Assembly: GCA_040219255.1 (NCBI GenBank)
Contig: JAVJSW010000068.1
Location: 224,001-288,000, forward strand
Length of the DNA stretch: 64,000 nucleotides
Direction: 5' to 3'
Source: Sumerlaeia bacterium
Lineage (GTDB): Bacteria; Sumerlaeota; Sumerlaeia; SLMS01; JAHLLQ01
The translations under genes and the position numbers were made by a program. How positions within the stretch are numbered: position 1 is the first letter of the stretch; each line of letters starts with the position of its first letter. The notes beneath the pieces are model-generated. The model saw only the letters and a list, made by a program, of their open reading frames with translations. It was not told the DNA's origin and ran no database searches. Below are positions 9,352-18,908 of this stretch, in pieces.

Positions 9352-11523
9352 TCAGCCGAGGAAAATGCCTTCGCCCTTGAGCTGCCGGCTTTGCGCTTCC
9401 AGCTCGGCCCGCAGCGCCCGGACTTTCTGCAGGGAACGGCGGCTCGAGAAGAATGCCAGGAAAGACAGTGTCAGCAACGAGACGAGCAGCAGTGCGGAGA
9501 CCACGCCCACGAGGCGCACCGCCCGCAGTTTGCTGTCGACTCGCTGGAGGGTGATCTGCGCCGCCAGAAGGGCGATCGGTCTGCTCGTCAGTTCATCGTA
9601 AACGGTGGCGTACCCGTTGATGGCGTGGCCGCGCGCGTCTTCGCGCAATTCGCTGGTCACGATACCGTGCATGAAGGCCTGGAGCATCGGGTCGTTGGCG
9701 TCTTCGTATCGAACGCCTGGGGCGAGACCTTCCTCGGAACGCTCCACCTCGCCGTCGTGATCGCGGTCGAAATTGACCGGATTGGCGTCGGCGAGCACCA
9801 CCCAGGTTTCCTCGCCTTCCCGGACTTCGGGCATGTAAGCGGCCATGTAGCGGATGTCGCGGTCCGCGTCGCGGAAGTATCGCAGATCGTCCACGACCCG
9901 TTCGAAGGCCGGATTGTCCGGCGCCGGGTTCTCGGACAGCGTGCGCAAATCCTGCCAGGACAGGTTCCGGGCCGTCAGCAGGGCGACCGTTTCGGCCTTG
10001 GTCTCCATCTCGTGGTAAATCGTCCCCTCGGCGGCGCGAACCACGGCCCAAACTCCGATCACGACGAGCACACAGCCGAGAACCATGGTGGCGATGCGCC
10101 ATTTGTCGAACAGCGGCGGGTCCGGGATGCGCTCGGCCACTTCGGCGTATTTCGCATCGATGGCTCGTTCCAGCTCCTCCGCCCGCATGGGATCGCTAAT
10201 GCGCTGGACCTGCAAACGCGCCACCAGAAAATCTTCGCGGTCGATAGCGATTTCGACGCAGCGGGCCAGCAGGTTCTGCCGCACCATTTCGATATGGGGA
10301 TTGTCCGGCCAAAGACCTTTGGCCCGCAACAGATTGCGCTTCGCGAGGGAAAGCTCGGCGTAGGTGCTGGGCAGTTCTTCGGCGAAACGCAACTCGTCGA
10401 CGTATTCGGTGGCTTCGGCCCGGGCCGTGGAAAACTCGAGGTACACGGTCAGGACCTCCCGGACTTCTTCCACCGATTTCGGCCGGTCCGCCGGGTCCGT
10501 CGCCATGCAATGATTCACCAGGTCGGCCAGTTCCCTGGGCACCGAATCGGGCAGCGGTTCGTACGCATTCACCTCCGCCTGCTCCATCGCCTCGATCAGC
10601 GTCTTTCCCCGATGCGGCGGCACACCCGTCAGCACGAAATACAGCGTCGCCCCCAGCAAATAGATGTCGGTGTGGATCCCCAAGCCATCGGTCTCCGATT
10701 GAGCCTGCTCGGGCGCCATGAAGGCGGGACTGCCCGCTGGGTTGGTGGCGGTCTGCAGCGTGAAGACTTTGCGGGGGTCGATGCGCGTGCCGGTTTCCGC
10801 CTCCAGGGGTTTGTTGTCCAGCATCACCGCCAGGCCCCAGTCGATCAGGAAGACCTCGCCGAAATGGCCGATCATCACCTGAGAAGGCTTGATGTCGCGG
10901 TGGATGATCCCCCGCTGGTGCGCGTACGACAGCGCCCGCGTCACATGCACCAGGATGGGCAGATGCTTGCGCAGAAACTTTTCCAGATTGAAGCGATCCG
11001 CCTGCCGATCCTCGTTCAGCAGAGCCTCCCATGAACGGCCCCGCACCATCTTCATCGCGATCAGCGGCGATCGTTTGCCTTCGCTGTTCAGCATGCGGAT
11101 GTCGTAGATGGGGACGATGTTGGGGTGGTCGAGCTGGGCCGCCGTGAAGGCTTCCCGGCAAAAATCGTCATGCACCGATTCGGAACCCACACAGCGCTTG
11201 ATGGCGACGACGCGCTCAAGGTTGTTCTGGAGCGCCTCCCAGATTTCCCCCTGCGTGCCCTTGCCGATCACCCGGCGCAGGACAAAGTCCGAAGGGCGCT
11301 TGTTCTTACTCTCGCCACCGTGCGGCGCGTCGGGATGATCCCGGGCGGGGCACCCTTCGTTGAGATCGCCGACAACGTGCGTTTCCTTGAAATGACTCTC
11401 AGGAAAGGGTGAAGGGTCACGCGCTTCTTGAGGGTCTCTTACTCTTTCGAATCGAACGGTTTGCGTGGGAAATCTGGCATCTGGAGGAATGATTCGCCGC
11501 ACTTCACCGTGATCTTGTTCCAT
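9352..11523 (-). CDS. Hanks-type Ser/Thr protein kinase with two TM helices and an extracytoplasmic domain
   Basis: IGKGTQGEIW, VAIK, HPNIVPIYD, HRDIKPSQ, DWGLA, GSPAFMAPEQ and DIYLLG motifs; two C-terminal hydrophobic helices. Confidence 0.92.
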   Translation of the reverse strand: MEQDHGEVRRIIPPDARFPTQTVRFERVRDPQEARDPSPFPESHFKETHVVGDLNEGCPARDHPDAPHGGESKNKRPSDFVLRRVIGKGTQGEIWEALQNNLERVVAIKRCVGSESVHDDFCREAFTAAQLDHPNIVPIYDIRMLNSEGKRSPLIAMKMVRGRSWEALLNEDRQADRFNLEKFLRKHLPILVHVTRALSYAHQRGIIHRDIKPSQVMIGHFGEVFLIDWGLAVMLDNKPLEAETGTRIDPRKVFTLQTATNPAGSPAFMAPEQAQSETDGLGIHTDIYLLGATLYFVLTGVPPHRGKTLIEAMEQAEVNAYEPLPDSVPRELADLVNHCMATDPADRPKSVEEVREVLTVYLEFSTARAEATEYVDELRFAEELPSTYAELSLAKRNLLRAKGLWPDNPHIEMVRQNLLARCVEIAIDREDFLVARLQVQRISDPMRAEELERAIDAKYAEVAERIPDPPLFDKWRIATMVLGCVLVVIGVWAVVRAAEGTIYHEMETKAETVALLTARNLSWQDLRTLSENPAPDNPAFERVVDDLRYFRDADRDIRYMAAYMPEVREGEETWVVLADANPVNFDRDHDGEVERSEEGLAPGVRYEDANDPMLQAFMHGIVTSELREDARGHAINGYATVYDELTSRPIALLAAQITLQRVDSKLRAVRLVGVVSALLLVSLLTLSFLAFFSSRRSLQKVRALRAELEAQSRQLKGEGIFLG

Positions 11524-11672
11524 CGCCTTGATTCCTTAGAGACTCCGCGAGCCAGTCTGTGGGTCTTTCCGCAAGGGAAAGCTGCTAATGAGACCACTTT
11601 CTCATCAAGCAGAGTACCGTGGGCAAGCCTCCGCGGAGCACGCAAGAGAAAGAAGAAGGCTGACGGATTTAA

Positions 11673-12251
11673 CTACGCCTTGGCAACGGATTTTCCGGCG
11701 ATCCATTGCAGGGCCGCCCGCGCCACGTCGGCGCCGTGCATCTCGGCGGTCCGGCGGTCGCCTTCCGGAGGGGCGCCCTGCTCGGCGCTTTTGCCGTGAT
11801 CGCTCTGCGCCATCGGACCTAGATAGGCGCCGATGCGGTTGATGTCGTCCGGGCCGGTGCCGGTGGCCAGGTGTTTGAGCGGCACCCAGATCATGCCATG
11901 CTGGGCGGCGAGAATGAGCATGGACGTCAAGGAATGAAGCTTGTCGCCATGAAGCCCGCCCGAGTTCGTGAAGCCGGAAGCCAGCTTGCCCACCCACTTG
12001 CGCTCCATCCACCGGCGCGAGGTCTCTTCGAAAAACTTCTTCAGTTCGCTGGCGATGTCGCCCATGTACGTCGGCGAGCCGTAGATATGGGCGTCCGCTT
12101 CGTCCAGGAAGTCCCAGTGGTCGGCCGCTTCGGTGGCCTTGATGAGGCGGGCTTCGACGCCGGGAACGGATTGCGCGCCCTTGAGGACGCGTTCGGCGAC
12201 GGCGGCGGTGTGGCCATAGCCACTGTGATAAACGATCGCGATCTTTGCCAT
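11673..12251 (-). CDS. Flavodoxin-like WrbA-family NAD(P)H:quinone oxidoreductase
   Basis: VYHSGYGHT FMN-binding loop, GSPTYMG and GFTNSG motifs. Confidence 0.88.
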   Translation of the reverse strand: MAKIAIVYHSGYGHTAAVAERVLKGAQSVPGVEARLIKATEAADHWDFLDEADAHIYGSPTYMGDIASELKKFFEETSRRWMERKWVGKLASGFTNSGGLHGDKLHSLTSMLILAAQHGMIWVPLKHLATGTGPDDINRIGAYLGPMAQSDHGKSAEQGAPPEGDRRTAEMHGADVARAALQWIAGKSVAKA

Positions 12252-13013
12252 GGTTCGGAGAAATCCTTATGCGATTTGGGGAATGGGGGCGGCGATGCGG
12301 GGCCGTCCGCTCTAAGCAAGTCCGATGCTGCACGGCCTCGCCGCTTCGGGCCAATACTTTGGCCGCGCCGGGGTGATCGCTTTTTCGTATCGGAGGCGCT
12401 TTGTCTCGATACAGGAGACAAAGAGTCGCAGTTCGATGGAGGTGCCTGGCTTCTGGAACTGAAGAAATCACCCCCGAGAGAGGCGGAGCGGACAGAGGTT
12501 TCGCAGGCCGAAAAAAAAGGAGCCGCAGGGTCTTTTTTGGCCGAATGGAATCGACGATTTACGACTTGGCGCGTCTGTTCAAGATCAGTCTATTTTGTCT
12601 GTCCGGAAAGAATGTATGGTCTGATTCTCTGCAAATCACCAAGCTTTCTGGACTTCCTCGCGAGAATGCCAAAATCTTGCCCAGTCACCCGGATAGGGAA
12701 TCGCTTTCCTCAGGTGGTACCACATGAACTCCATCGCGCCATACATCTCCGTGGGTCCGCGTCTGCGCGGCGATTGTTCTTGAAGGATCAGGGTGACCGC
12801 TGGCGCGGCGGCGGAAAATCTCTCATAGAGACTGATTATCTCCATTGGAAACAGGTTGGCGTCTCAAGTGCGACTCGGCAACTCTTGTTTTTTCAAGGAG
12901 GGACGGGTAATGGTCGGGTTGGCCCGATTCTTTGCTAGCCGGTCCAAAAGCGACCGCTGTGACGGGGCTCCCACCGGGCCCGCCGCACTCCCTCGAAGAG
13001 GCACCCGCCGGCT

Positions 13014-13343
13014 ATGAACGAAGGCCTTCTCCCCCCCCGGATTCTCACCGTGTCGAGGCGGCGTCTGCGCCGCGACCGCGCCCGTGTGCTTCGAACCCAC
13101 GTCGACCGAGCCATCGGGGAGAACCGGCCCCATCTCGTTCTGGATCTGGAGGGGGTGGATTTTGTCGATTCCGGGTTTCTCGGGGCGATGGTGGAAGCGC
13201 TTAAACACTTGCGGGAGCGGGGCGGCGACCTGCGAATCCGAGGCGCCGGGCGCGAGGTGCGCACCTTGCTCGCCCTCACCGGGCTTGATCGCCTTTTCCT
13301 TTCGCCGCCCTCCCCCGAAGCTGCCCGTGGGCCTCTCTCCTGA
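13014..13343 (+). CDS. STAS-domain anti-sigma factor antagonist
   Basis: LVLDLEGVDFVDSGFLG (phospho-acceptor Ser); LLALTGLDRLF. Confidence 0.8.
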   Translation: MNEGLLPPRILTVSRRRLRRDRARVLRTHVDRAIGENRPHLVLDLEGVDFVDSGFLGAMVEALKHLRERGGDLRIRGAGREVRTLLALTGLDRLFLSPPSPEAARGPLS

Positions 13344-13924
13344 TGGAAAAGCTGCTCTACACCGTCACGGTCCCGTGCGCGCCGGAAAGCATCGAGGTCC
13401 TGGAAAGCCTGACGGAAACCTTCCTCGGCAACATCCCCGGCGCCTCGCCGGACGAACTCCTTCGCCTCCGCCTTTCCGTCGCCGAAGGCTGCCGCAACGC
13501 GCTCGTCCAGCAACCCCAGGGCCGCCGCATGAACGTCACCACCATGACGTTCTGGGGCGGGCGGTTCAACAATATCGCCCAGGCCATCGAAATCGACGAC
13601 CCGGGGCCGGGGCTGGAGGTCGGCGGCCATCTTCCCCCCTACCCGCCTTCCATCGTGGAGCAGGCGTTTCTTTTGGCCGAGGTGTTCGACGAGCAAATCC
13701 TCGCCACGCCCGAGACGCCCCACAACCTCTCGCTGACGGTGCAGTCTCTCAACGGCCATCGGCGCACCCGTGACGAATGGGTCCGCGACGCCCGCACCAG
13801 CGGCTACGGCCTTCTGACGCTCTGCAAGGCCTGGGAGCGGGTCGAATTCCGTTACGATCCGATCCGGGGAAATTCCCTGCGCCTGGCCCAACCGAGGCCG
13901 CTGCTGGCGCTGTACGCATCGTGA
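13343..13924 (+). CDS. RsbW/SpoIIAB-like anti-sigma factor (GHKL ATP-binding)
   Basis: LSVAEGCRNAL (N box), IDDPGPG (G1) and SGYGL (G2); TGATG translational coupling to the STAS gene. Confidence 0.75.
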   Translation: MEKLLYTVTVPCAPESIEVLESLTETFLGNIPGASPDELLRLRLSVAEGCRNALVQQPQGRRMNVTTMTFWGGRFNNIAQAIEIDDPGPGLEVGGHLPPYPPSIVEQAFLLAEVFDEQILATPETPHNLSLTVQSLNGHRRTRDEWVRDARTSGYGLLTLCKAWERVEFRYDPIRGNSLRLAQPRPLLALYAS

Positions 13925-14046
13925 AAACGTCTTCCAAACACTCCCGCCACCCCTCGCGGGGTTGACTCTTTTCCCCGGCCGTCCCTACGCTTTTTCCTGG
14001 TTGGAAGCCCCAGTGGCCTCCTCTCATCGAAAGGGTCACAACCTCC

Positions 14047-15924
14047 TTGAGCCTTCGCCCCGGCGCCTTCTTCGCCGTTTTCTTCAGCCTCGCCGTCCTC
14101 GTTCCCACGGCGTCCGCCGCGCCCATCGTCGTCATCAACGAAATGATGTACCATCCGGCGTCCGACGATGAGACGGAGGAGTTCCTGGAGTTGACCAATG
14201 TCGGCGACGCGACCGCCGACCTTTCCGGATGGTTCATGTCCGATGGCATCGACTATGTCTTTCCCGCCGGAACGACGCTCGCCCCCGGCACCTTCCTCGT
14301 CCTCTCGCCGGACCTCGCGAAGTTCGCGCAGACCTACGGCACCAGCGTCACACCCCTCGGCCCGTACACGGGGAAACTCAACAACGGCGGCGAGCGAGTC
14401 GCCATTTCGAACGCTCAGGGCGCCGTCATGGACGAGGTCGATTACCTCGATCAGGCCCCTTGGCCGGACTTCGCCGATGGCCTCGGGCCCAGCCTGGAGC
14501 TGATCGATTCGGCGAGCGACAACGCGCGGCCGGACAGTTGGCAATCCAGCTCGCCCGACGGCGGCACCCCCGGCGCCCCCAACAGCTCCGGCGCCGTCGA
14601 ACCGCCTTTTGTGGACGTATGGGATCGCAGCGATATTCCCGAATTCGAAATCGTCTTTCAGGAATCCAACTGGTTCGAAATCCTGGAAGCCAATCAGTGG
14701 GATAAGTCCTTCTATCTCAACGCATCCTATCGCTTCAACGGCTTCACCTGGACTGGTGTGGGCGTGCGCTTCAAGGGCTTCAGCAGCAACATCCTCTTCG
14801 AAGGTGAGAAGAAACCCTTCAAGGTGGATTTCAACCGCTTCAACGACAACCAATCGTTCATGGGCATGACGGGATTGAAGCTGTCGAACTCCTGGAACGA
14901 TCCCACCATGATGCGGGAAATCCTGATGGCGGACGCGGCGCGCGAAATGGGCCTGCCGGTGGGGCGCTACTGGTACGCGTTCCTGACCGTCAACGGCGAG
15001 CCCTGGGGCCTGTACGTGATGCAGGACGATTACAACGACGACGTGATGGAGCTGATTTTCGGCGACGGCGGCGGCAACCTCTTCGAAGCGGAAGTCCCCG
15101 GGGAAGCCGTGCTGTCCTACGTCGGCCCGGAGCAGGCGCCCTACGAAACCCTTTACAGCCTGAAAGAAAACAAGGACGAGAACGATTACAGCCGCCTCAT
15201 CGCGCTTTGCGACGCGCTCTCGAACACGACGGACTCGCTTCTGCTCGAACGCGTTTCGCCGCTGATGAATGTGGACACGACGCTCGGCTATCTCGCCATC
15301 AACGCGGTCTTCGGCAATCTGGACAGCTACATCGGCCAGGCAAAAAACTACTACCTCTACGAGGACCCCACCGACCATTACCGGATGAACCTGGTGCTGT
15401 GGGACATGAACCTCGCCTTCGGGGTCCAGGGCATCGTCTATACCGGCAACCAGATGCTGCGGTTGAGCCCCTACCTGACGGACGAAATCGCGCCTCCGGG
15501 CGCGCCGGGGCGGCCGCTGGCGCGGCTCTTCGCCCGCAAGGAAGGCGACCGTGCGGCCTATAACGCGTGGCTCCAGGCCATCATCGACGGCCCCTTCCGC
15601 GAGGAGGTGATGACCTCCCGCATCGCGGCCCTCGACACCATGATCGCCCCCTATGTGCAGGCCGATCCGAAGAAGCTCTTCAGTTTCGAGGAGTACAAAA
15701 AGAACCAGACGGAAGACCTGGAAAATAGCCCGTACTTCGACGAATTCCTCGAATACCGCATTCACGGTCTGCTGCCCTGGGTGCGGGGCCGGCGGGCCTA
15801 TTTGCAGGAACTTCTCGCCACCCAGCCCGAGAAGGACCCGGTGGTGCAGCGCTGGCACGGCGACCGCCAAGCCTGGGAACGGCCGACGAAGCCCTATCAG
15901 TCCTGGTGGATCAGCGACCGCTAA
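14047..15924 (+). CDS. Secreted lamin-tail-domain plus CotH-family kinase protein
   Basis: Signal peptide; VVINEMMYHP...EFLEL...GTPGAPNS (LTD); VGVRFKGFSS, KKPFKVDFN, KNYYLY and LWDMNLAFG (CotH). Confidence 0.88.
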   Translation: MSLRPGAFFAVFFSLAVLVPTASAAPIVVINEMMYHPASDDETEEFLELTNVGDATADLSGWFMSDGIDYVFPAGTTLAPGTFLVLSPDLAKFAQTYGTSVTPLGPYTGKLNNGGERVAISNAQGAVMDEVDYLDQAPWPDFADGLGPSLELIDSASDNARPDSWQSSSPDGGTPGAPNSSGAVEPPFVDVWDRSDIPEFEIVFQESNWFEILEANQWDKSFYLNASYRFNGFTWTGVGVRFKGFSSNILFEGEKKPFKVDFNRFNDNQSFMGMTGLKLSNSWNDPTMMREILMADAAREMGLPVGRYWYAFLTVNGEPWGLYVMQDDYNDDVMELIFGDGGGNLFEAEVPGEAVLSYVGPEQAPYETLYSLKENKDENDYSRLIALCDALSNTTDSLLLERVSPLMNVDTTLGYLAINAVFGNLDSYIGQAKNYYLYEDPTDHYRMNLVLWDMNLAFGVQGIVYTGNQMLRLSPYLTDEIAPPGAPGRPLARLFARKEGDRAAYNAWLQAIIDGPFREEVMTSRIAALDTMIAPYVQADPKKLFSFEEYKKNQTEDLENSPYFDEFLEYRIHGLLPWVRGRRAYLQELLATQPEKDPVVQRWHGDRQAWERPTKPYQSWWISDR

Positions 15925-16865
15925 TCGCCAGCTTCTTCGATCGCCAGCAGTTCCTCGTACAGTTCGCGCTGCCGATCCGACAGGCTGCGCGGAGGGGCGA
16001 TCATGACGCGTACCAGCAGATCGCCCCGGCGATCGTGGGGAGCCGCGCCTGTGGGCAGGCCGTGACCCCGGATGCGCATCTTGCGGCCCGAGGGCGTGCC
16101 CTCGGGGATGGTCAGCACGATGGCACCGTCGAGCGTATCGACCTGGGCTTTGCCGCCGAGAGCGGCGCGGGCGGGAGTCACCACGACGTCGGTTTCGATG
16201 TCGATGCCCTGGGCGCGAAAGCGCCCCCCCTTCAGGTATCGGACGCGCAGGAAGAGGTCGCCGCCGGCGCGGCCCTGGCCCGCGAGGCGGATGCGGCGGC
16301 CCTCGGCGATGCCTTTCGGGACGTTGACTTCGTAGGAGCGGGGCCCCAGGCCCGGCACGTCCACTTTGCAGGCGAAGAGGCCGCCCTGCAGGACCTTCTC
16401 CAGGGGAAGTTCGAGATCCGCTTCCTGATTGGCTTCCGTGGGCGGAGGGTTGGCTTCGATGCCTGCGCCGGGGGGGCGGCCGGGACGCTGGCCGCCAAGA
16501 CCGGCGCCGAAGAGGGTTTCGAAAAAATCGCTGAAGCCGCTTTGGCGCCCGCCGCCGAAATCGAAGGTGAAGCCAGCGGGATTGCCGCGGCCAAAGCTGG
16601 CGGATTCGCCGAAGCCGGGGGGCGGACGGAAATCTTGGCCCGCGCTCCAACTCGAGCCCAACGCGTCATAGCGGCGGCGCTTCTCGGGATCCTTGAGCAC
16701 CTCGTAGGCTTCGTTGATGCGTTTGAAGTTCTCCTCCGCCTCCGGGTCGTCCCGGTTGACGTCGGGGTGGTGCTTGCGGGCCAGGGCCCGGTAGGCGCGG
16801 CGGATGTCTTCCGCACTGGCGGTGCGGGGAACGGCGAGGATCTTGTAGTAATCGAGGTACTTCAA
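15921..16865 (-). CDS. DnaJ-class chaperone (CbpA-like)
   Basis: DYYKIL, KHHPD J-domain, G/F region and C-terminal domain without zinc finger. TTG start at 16865 is inferred. Confidence 0.88.
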   Translation of the reverse strand: MKYLDYYKILAVPRTASAEDIRRAYRALARKHHPDVNRDDPEAEENFKRINEAYEVLKDPEKRRRYDALGSSWSAGQDFRPPPGFGESASFGRGNPAGFTFDFGGGRQSGFSDFFETLFGAGLGGQRPGRPPGAGIEANPPPTEANQEADLELPLEKVLQGGLFACKVDVPGLGPRSYEVNVPKGIAEGRRIRLAGQGRAGGDLFLRVRYLKGGRFRAQGIDIETDVVVTPARAALGGKAQVDTLDGAIVLTIPEGTPSGRKMRIRGHGLPTGAAPHDRRGDLLVRVMIAPPRSLSDRQRELYEELLAIEEAGD

Positions 16866-17119
16866 GGGTAGCGGGGGCGCGGCGGTTTGAGTTTCGAGGA
16901 GAGGGGTCCGATGGGTCGTAAAAGGGCGCCGCCCTGTCACGACGGGGCATTGCGAAACAGAAGTCCCCGGTATCGCTCGCGTTCGAGGTTCTGGAAGCCA
17001 AAGTCTTGCCGTCCCGGATTCCCTTGCGGACCGCTGCGGCGCGCCTCTTGCCTGACACCCCCCCGCCGGAAAGCCGCGGCGATTCCGACTTCTCATGACC
17101 CACACTGCTGGAGGACCCG

Positions 17120-18091
17120 ATGACCTCTCTGAAAACCACAACCCGCCCCGCCATGACCCGCATCGCCATCGTGGGTGTGGGCGCCGTGGGCGCCACCATC
17201 GCCTATACGCTGCTGCGGGCGGGAACGGACGCGGACCTGCTGCTGGTGGACGTGAATCGCCGCCGGGCGGAAGGCGAGATGATGGATTTGCGGCACTGCC
17301 TTCCCCTCGCCGGCAGCGTCACCCTCTCGGTGGCCGACCTGGACGAAGTGAAGGACTGCGATCTGGTCATTATTACCGCCGGCGCCGCCCAGCGCGAAGG
17401 CGAAACCCGCATCGACCTCGTGAAGCGCAACACAGACATCTTCGCCGGATTCTTCCCGCTCCTGTCCAACGCGAACCCCAAGGCCCTGTTCCTCATCATC
17501 ACCAACCCGGTCGATATCATGACCCGGGTGGCCCTGGCGCTGTCGGGCCTGCCGCCGGAGAAGGTCATCGGTTCGGGGACGGTGCTGGACACGTCACGCT
17601 TCCGGGCGCTGATCAGCCAGCACGTGGGCCTCAGTTCGCGCAACGTGCACGCCTACGTCATCGGCGAGCACGGCGACAGCGAAGTCATGGTGTGGAGCCG
17701 CACCTCCGTCGGGCCCTTCTCCATCGAGGAGTACTGCCGCCAGAGCGGCATCGGCCTGACCGGCGACGACAAAGAGCGCATCAATCAGGCGACGCGCGAG
17801 GCGGCCTATGAGATTATCGAGCGCAAGGGCAGCACACACTTCGCGATCGGCACCGTGACGGAGCGGCTGGTGGAGGCGATGGAGCACAGCGAGTACGCGC
17901 TCTACACGCTGTCGCGGCGGGTGGAAGGGTACTATGGCATCGAAGGGGTCTGCCTGTCGCTGCCGACGCTGGTGAACGGGTCTGGAGCGGTCCGGCAGTT
18001 GGAGTTGGAATTGGCTCCGGAGGAGCGGGGGAAGCTGCTGCGGAGCGCGGAAATTTTAGACAAAGTTTTTCGGGATTTGGAAATACAATAG
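17120..18091 (+). CDS. ldh: L-lactate dehydrogenase
   Basis: GVGAVG, ITAGAAQREGETRIDL, TNPVD, GSGTVLDTSRFR and GEHGDS motifs. The start may be ATG 17153. Confidence 0.92.
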   Translation: MTSLKTTTRPAMTRIAIVGVGAVGATIAYTLLRAGTDADLLLVDVNRRRAEGEMMDLRHCLPLAGSVTLSVADLDEVKDCDLVIITAGAAQREGETRIDLVKRNTDIFAGFFPLLSNANPKALFLIITNPVDIMTRVALALSGLPPEKVIGSGTVLDTSRFRALISQHVGLSSRNVHAYVIGEHGDSEVMVWSRTSVGPFSIEEYCRQSGIGLTGDDKERINQATREAAYEIIERKGSTHFAIGTVTERLVEAMEHSEYALYTLSRRVEGYYGIEGVCLSLPTLVNGSGAVRQLELELAPEERGKLLRSAEILDKVFRDLEIQ

Positions 18092-18323
18092 CAAATCCAG
18101 CAAGGCGCTCCAGGTGCCGTCCGCATCGTCTCCGGGCATGACGCGAACGGTACGGAATTGCTTTGACTTCGCGGACCATTATGCGTCTGCTGAAAGGGAG
18201 GCTTTTGGCGAATTGAAGCCAACGACACTCATTTGGGCCGAGTTGGGCGCAGGCGAACCTCGCTCGCTCCGCTCGTTTCGACTCGGTCTGATCGCAAACT
18301 GGCTCCGACGGAACGGACCTGCC

Positions 18324-18887
18324 ATGAGTAAGAAGGCCAAGGGCGCCTCTTCCCCAGAACAAGATATCCACTGCGCCGTACTCAGCGACGACGACATCGC
18401 CGTCGTGCGGGTCCATGGGCGGGGATCGTTTCAGAACAGCGTGTTCCTGGAGCGGTTCGCCAAGCACCTGCAAGAGCAGGGGCGGCCGGCGGAATTCATT
18501 GTCGATCTGGGTGAATGCGAAACGCTCGATTCCACTTTTATGGGCATGCTGGCCAGCGTCAGCCAGACGCAGAAACGCGCCGGGCGCCACCAACTGGTCG
18601 TCGTGAACGTCAACGATCACGTCCGCCGGTTGCTGAAAACGCTGGGCTTGACCTATCTCCTGGAAATCCACGAGAGCGAAACCACACGGGCCACCGATGC
18701 CCTCGCCAAAGCGGACCTGAAGCCCGCCGAGCAGGAAGACATCAGCCGCCTCGATCAAATCCTCCACACCCTCGAAGCCCACAAGACCCTGGTGGAACTG
18801 GACGGCGAGAACGAGGTGCGGTTCCAATCGGTGATCCACTACCTGGAACGCAGCGTGAAGAACATGGAGAAGGGGAAGGAATTCTAA
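18324..18887 (+). CDS. STAS-domain protein
   Basis: VRVHGRGSF, IVDLGECETLDSTFMG and LLKTLGL; start trimmed to ATG 18324. Confidence 0.85.
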   Translation: MSKKAKGASSPEQDIHCAVLSDDDIAVVRVHGRGSFQNSVFLERFAKHLQEQGRPAEFIVDLGECETLDSTFMGMLASVSQTQKRAGRHQLVVVNVNDHVRRLLKTLGLTYLLEIHESETTRATDALAKADLKPAEQEDISRLDQILHTLEAHKTLVELDGENEVRFQSVIHYLERSVKNMEKGKEF

Positions 18888-18908
18888 CCCTTCGTCCCCG
18901 GACCGGCA

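Noticed and set aside
12252-13013. Short ORFs in the AT-richer wrbA-STAS intergenic region and a sigma54-like TGGCCCGATTCTTTGCT at 12920-12936
   Set aside because: The ORFs have no coding signal, and the GG-to-GC spacing is 11 nt rather than the required 10.
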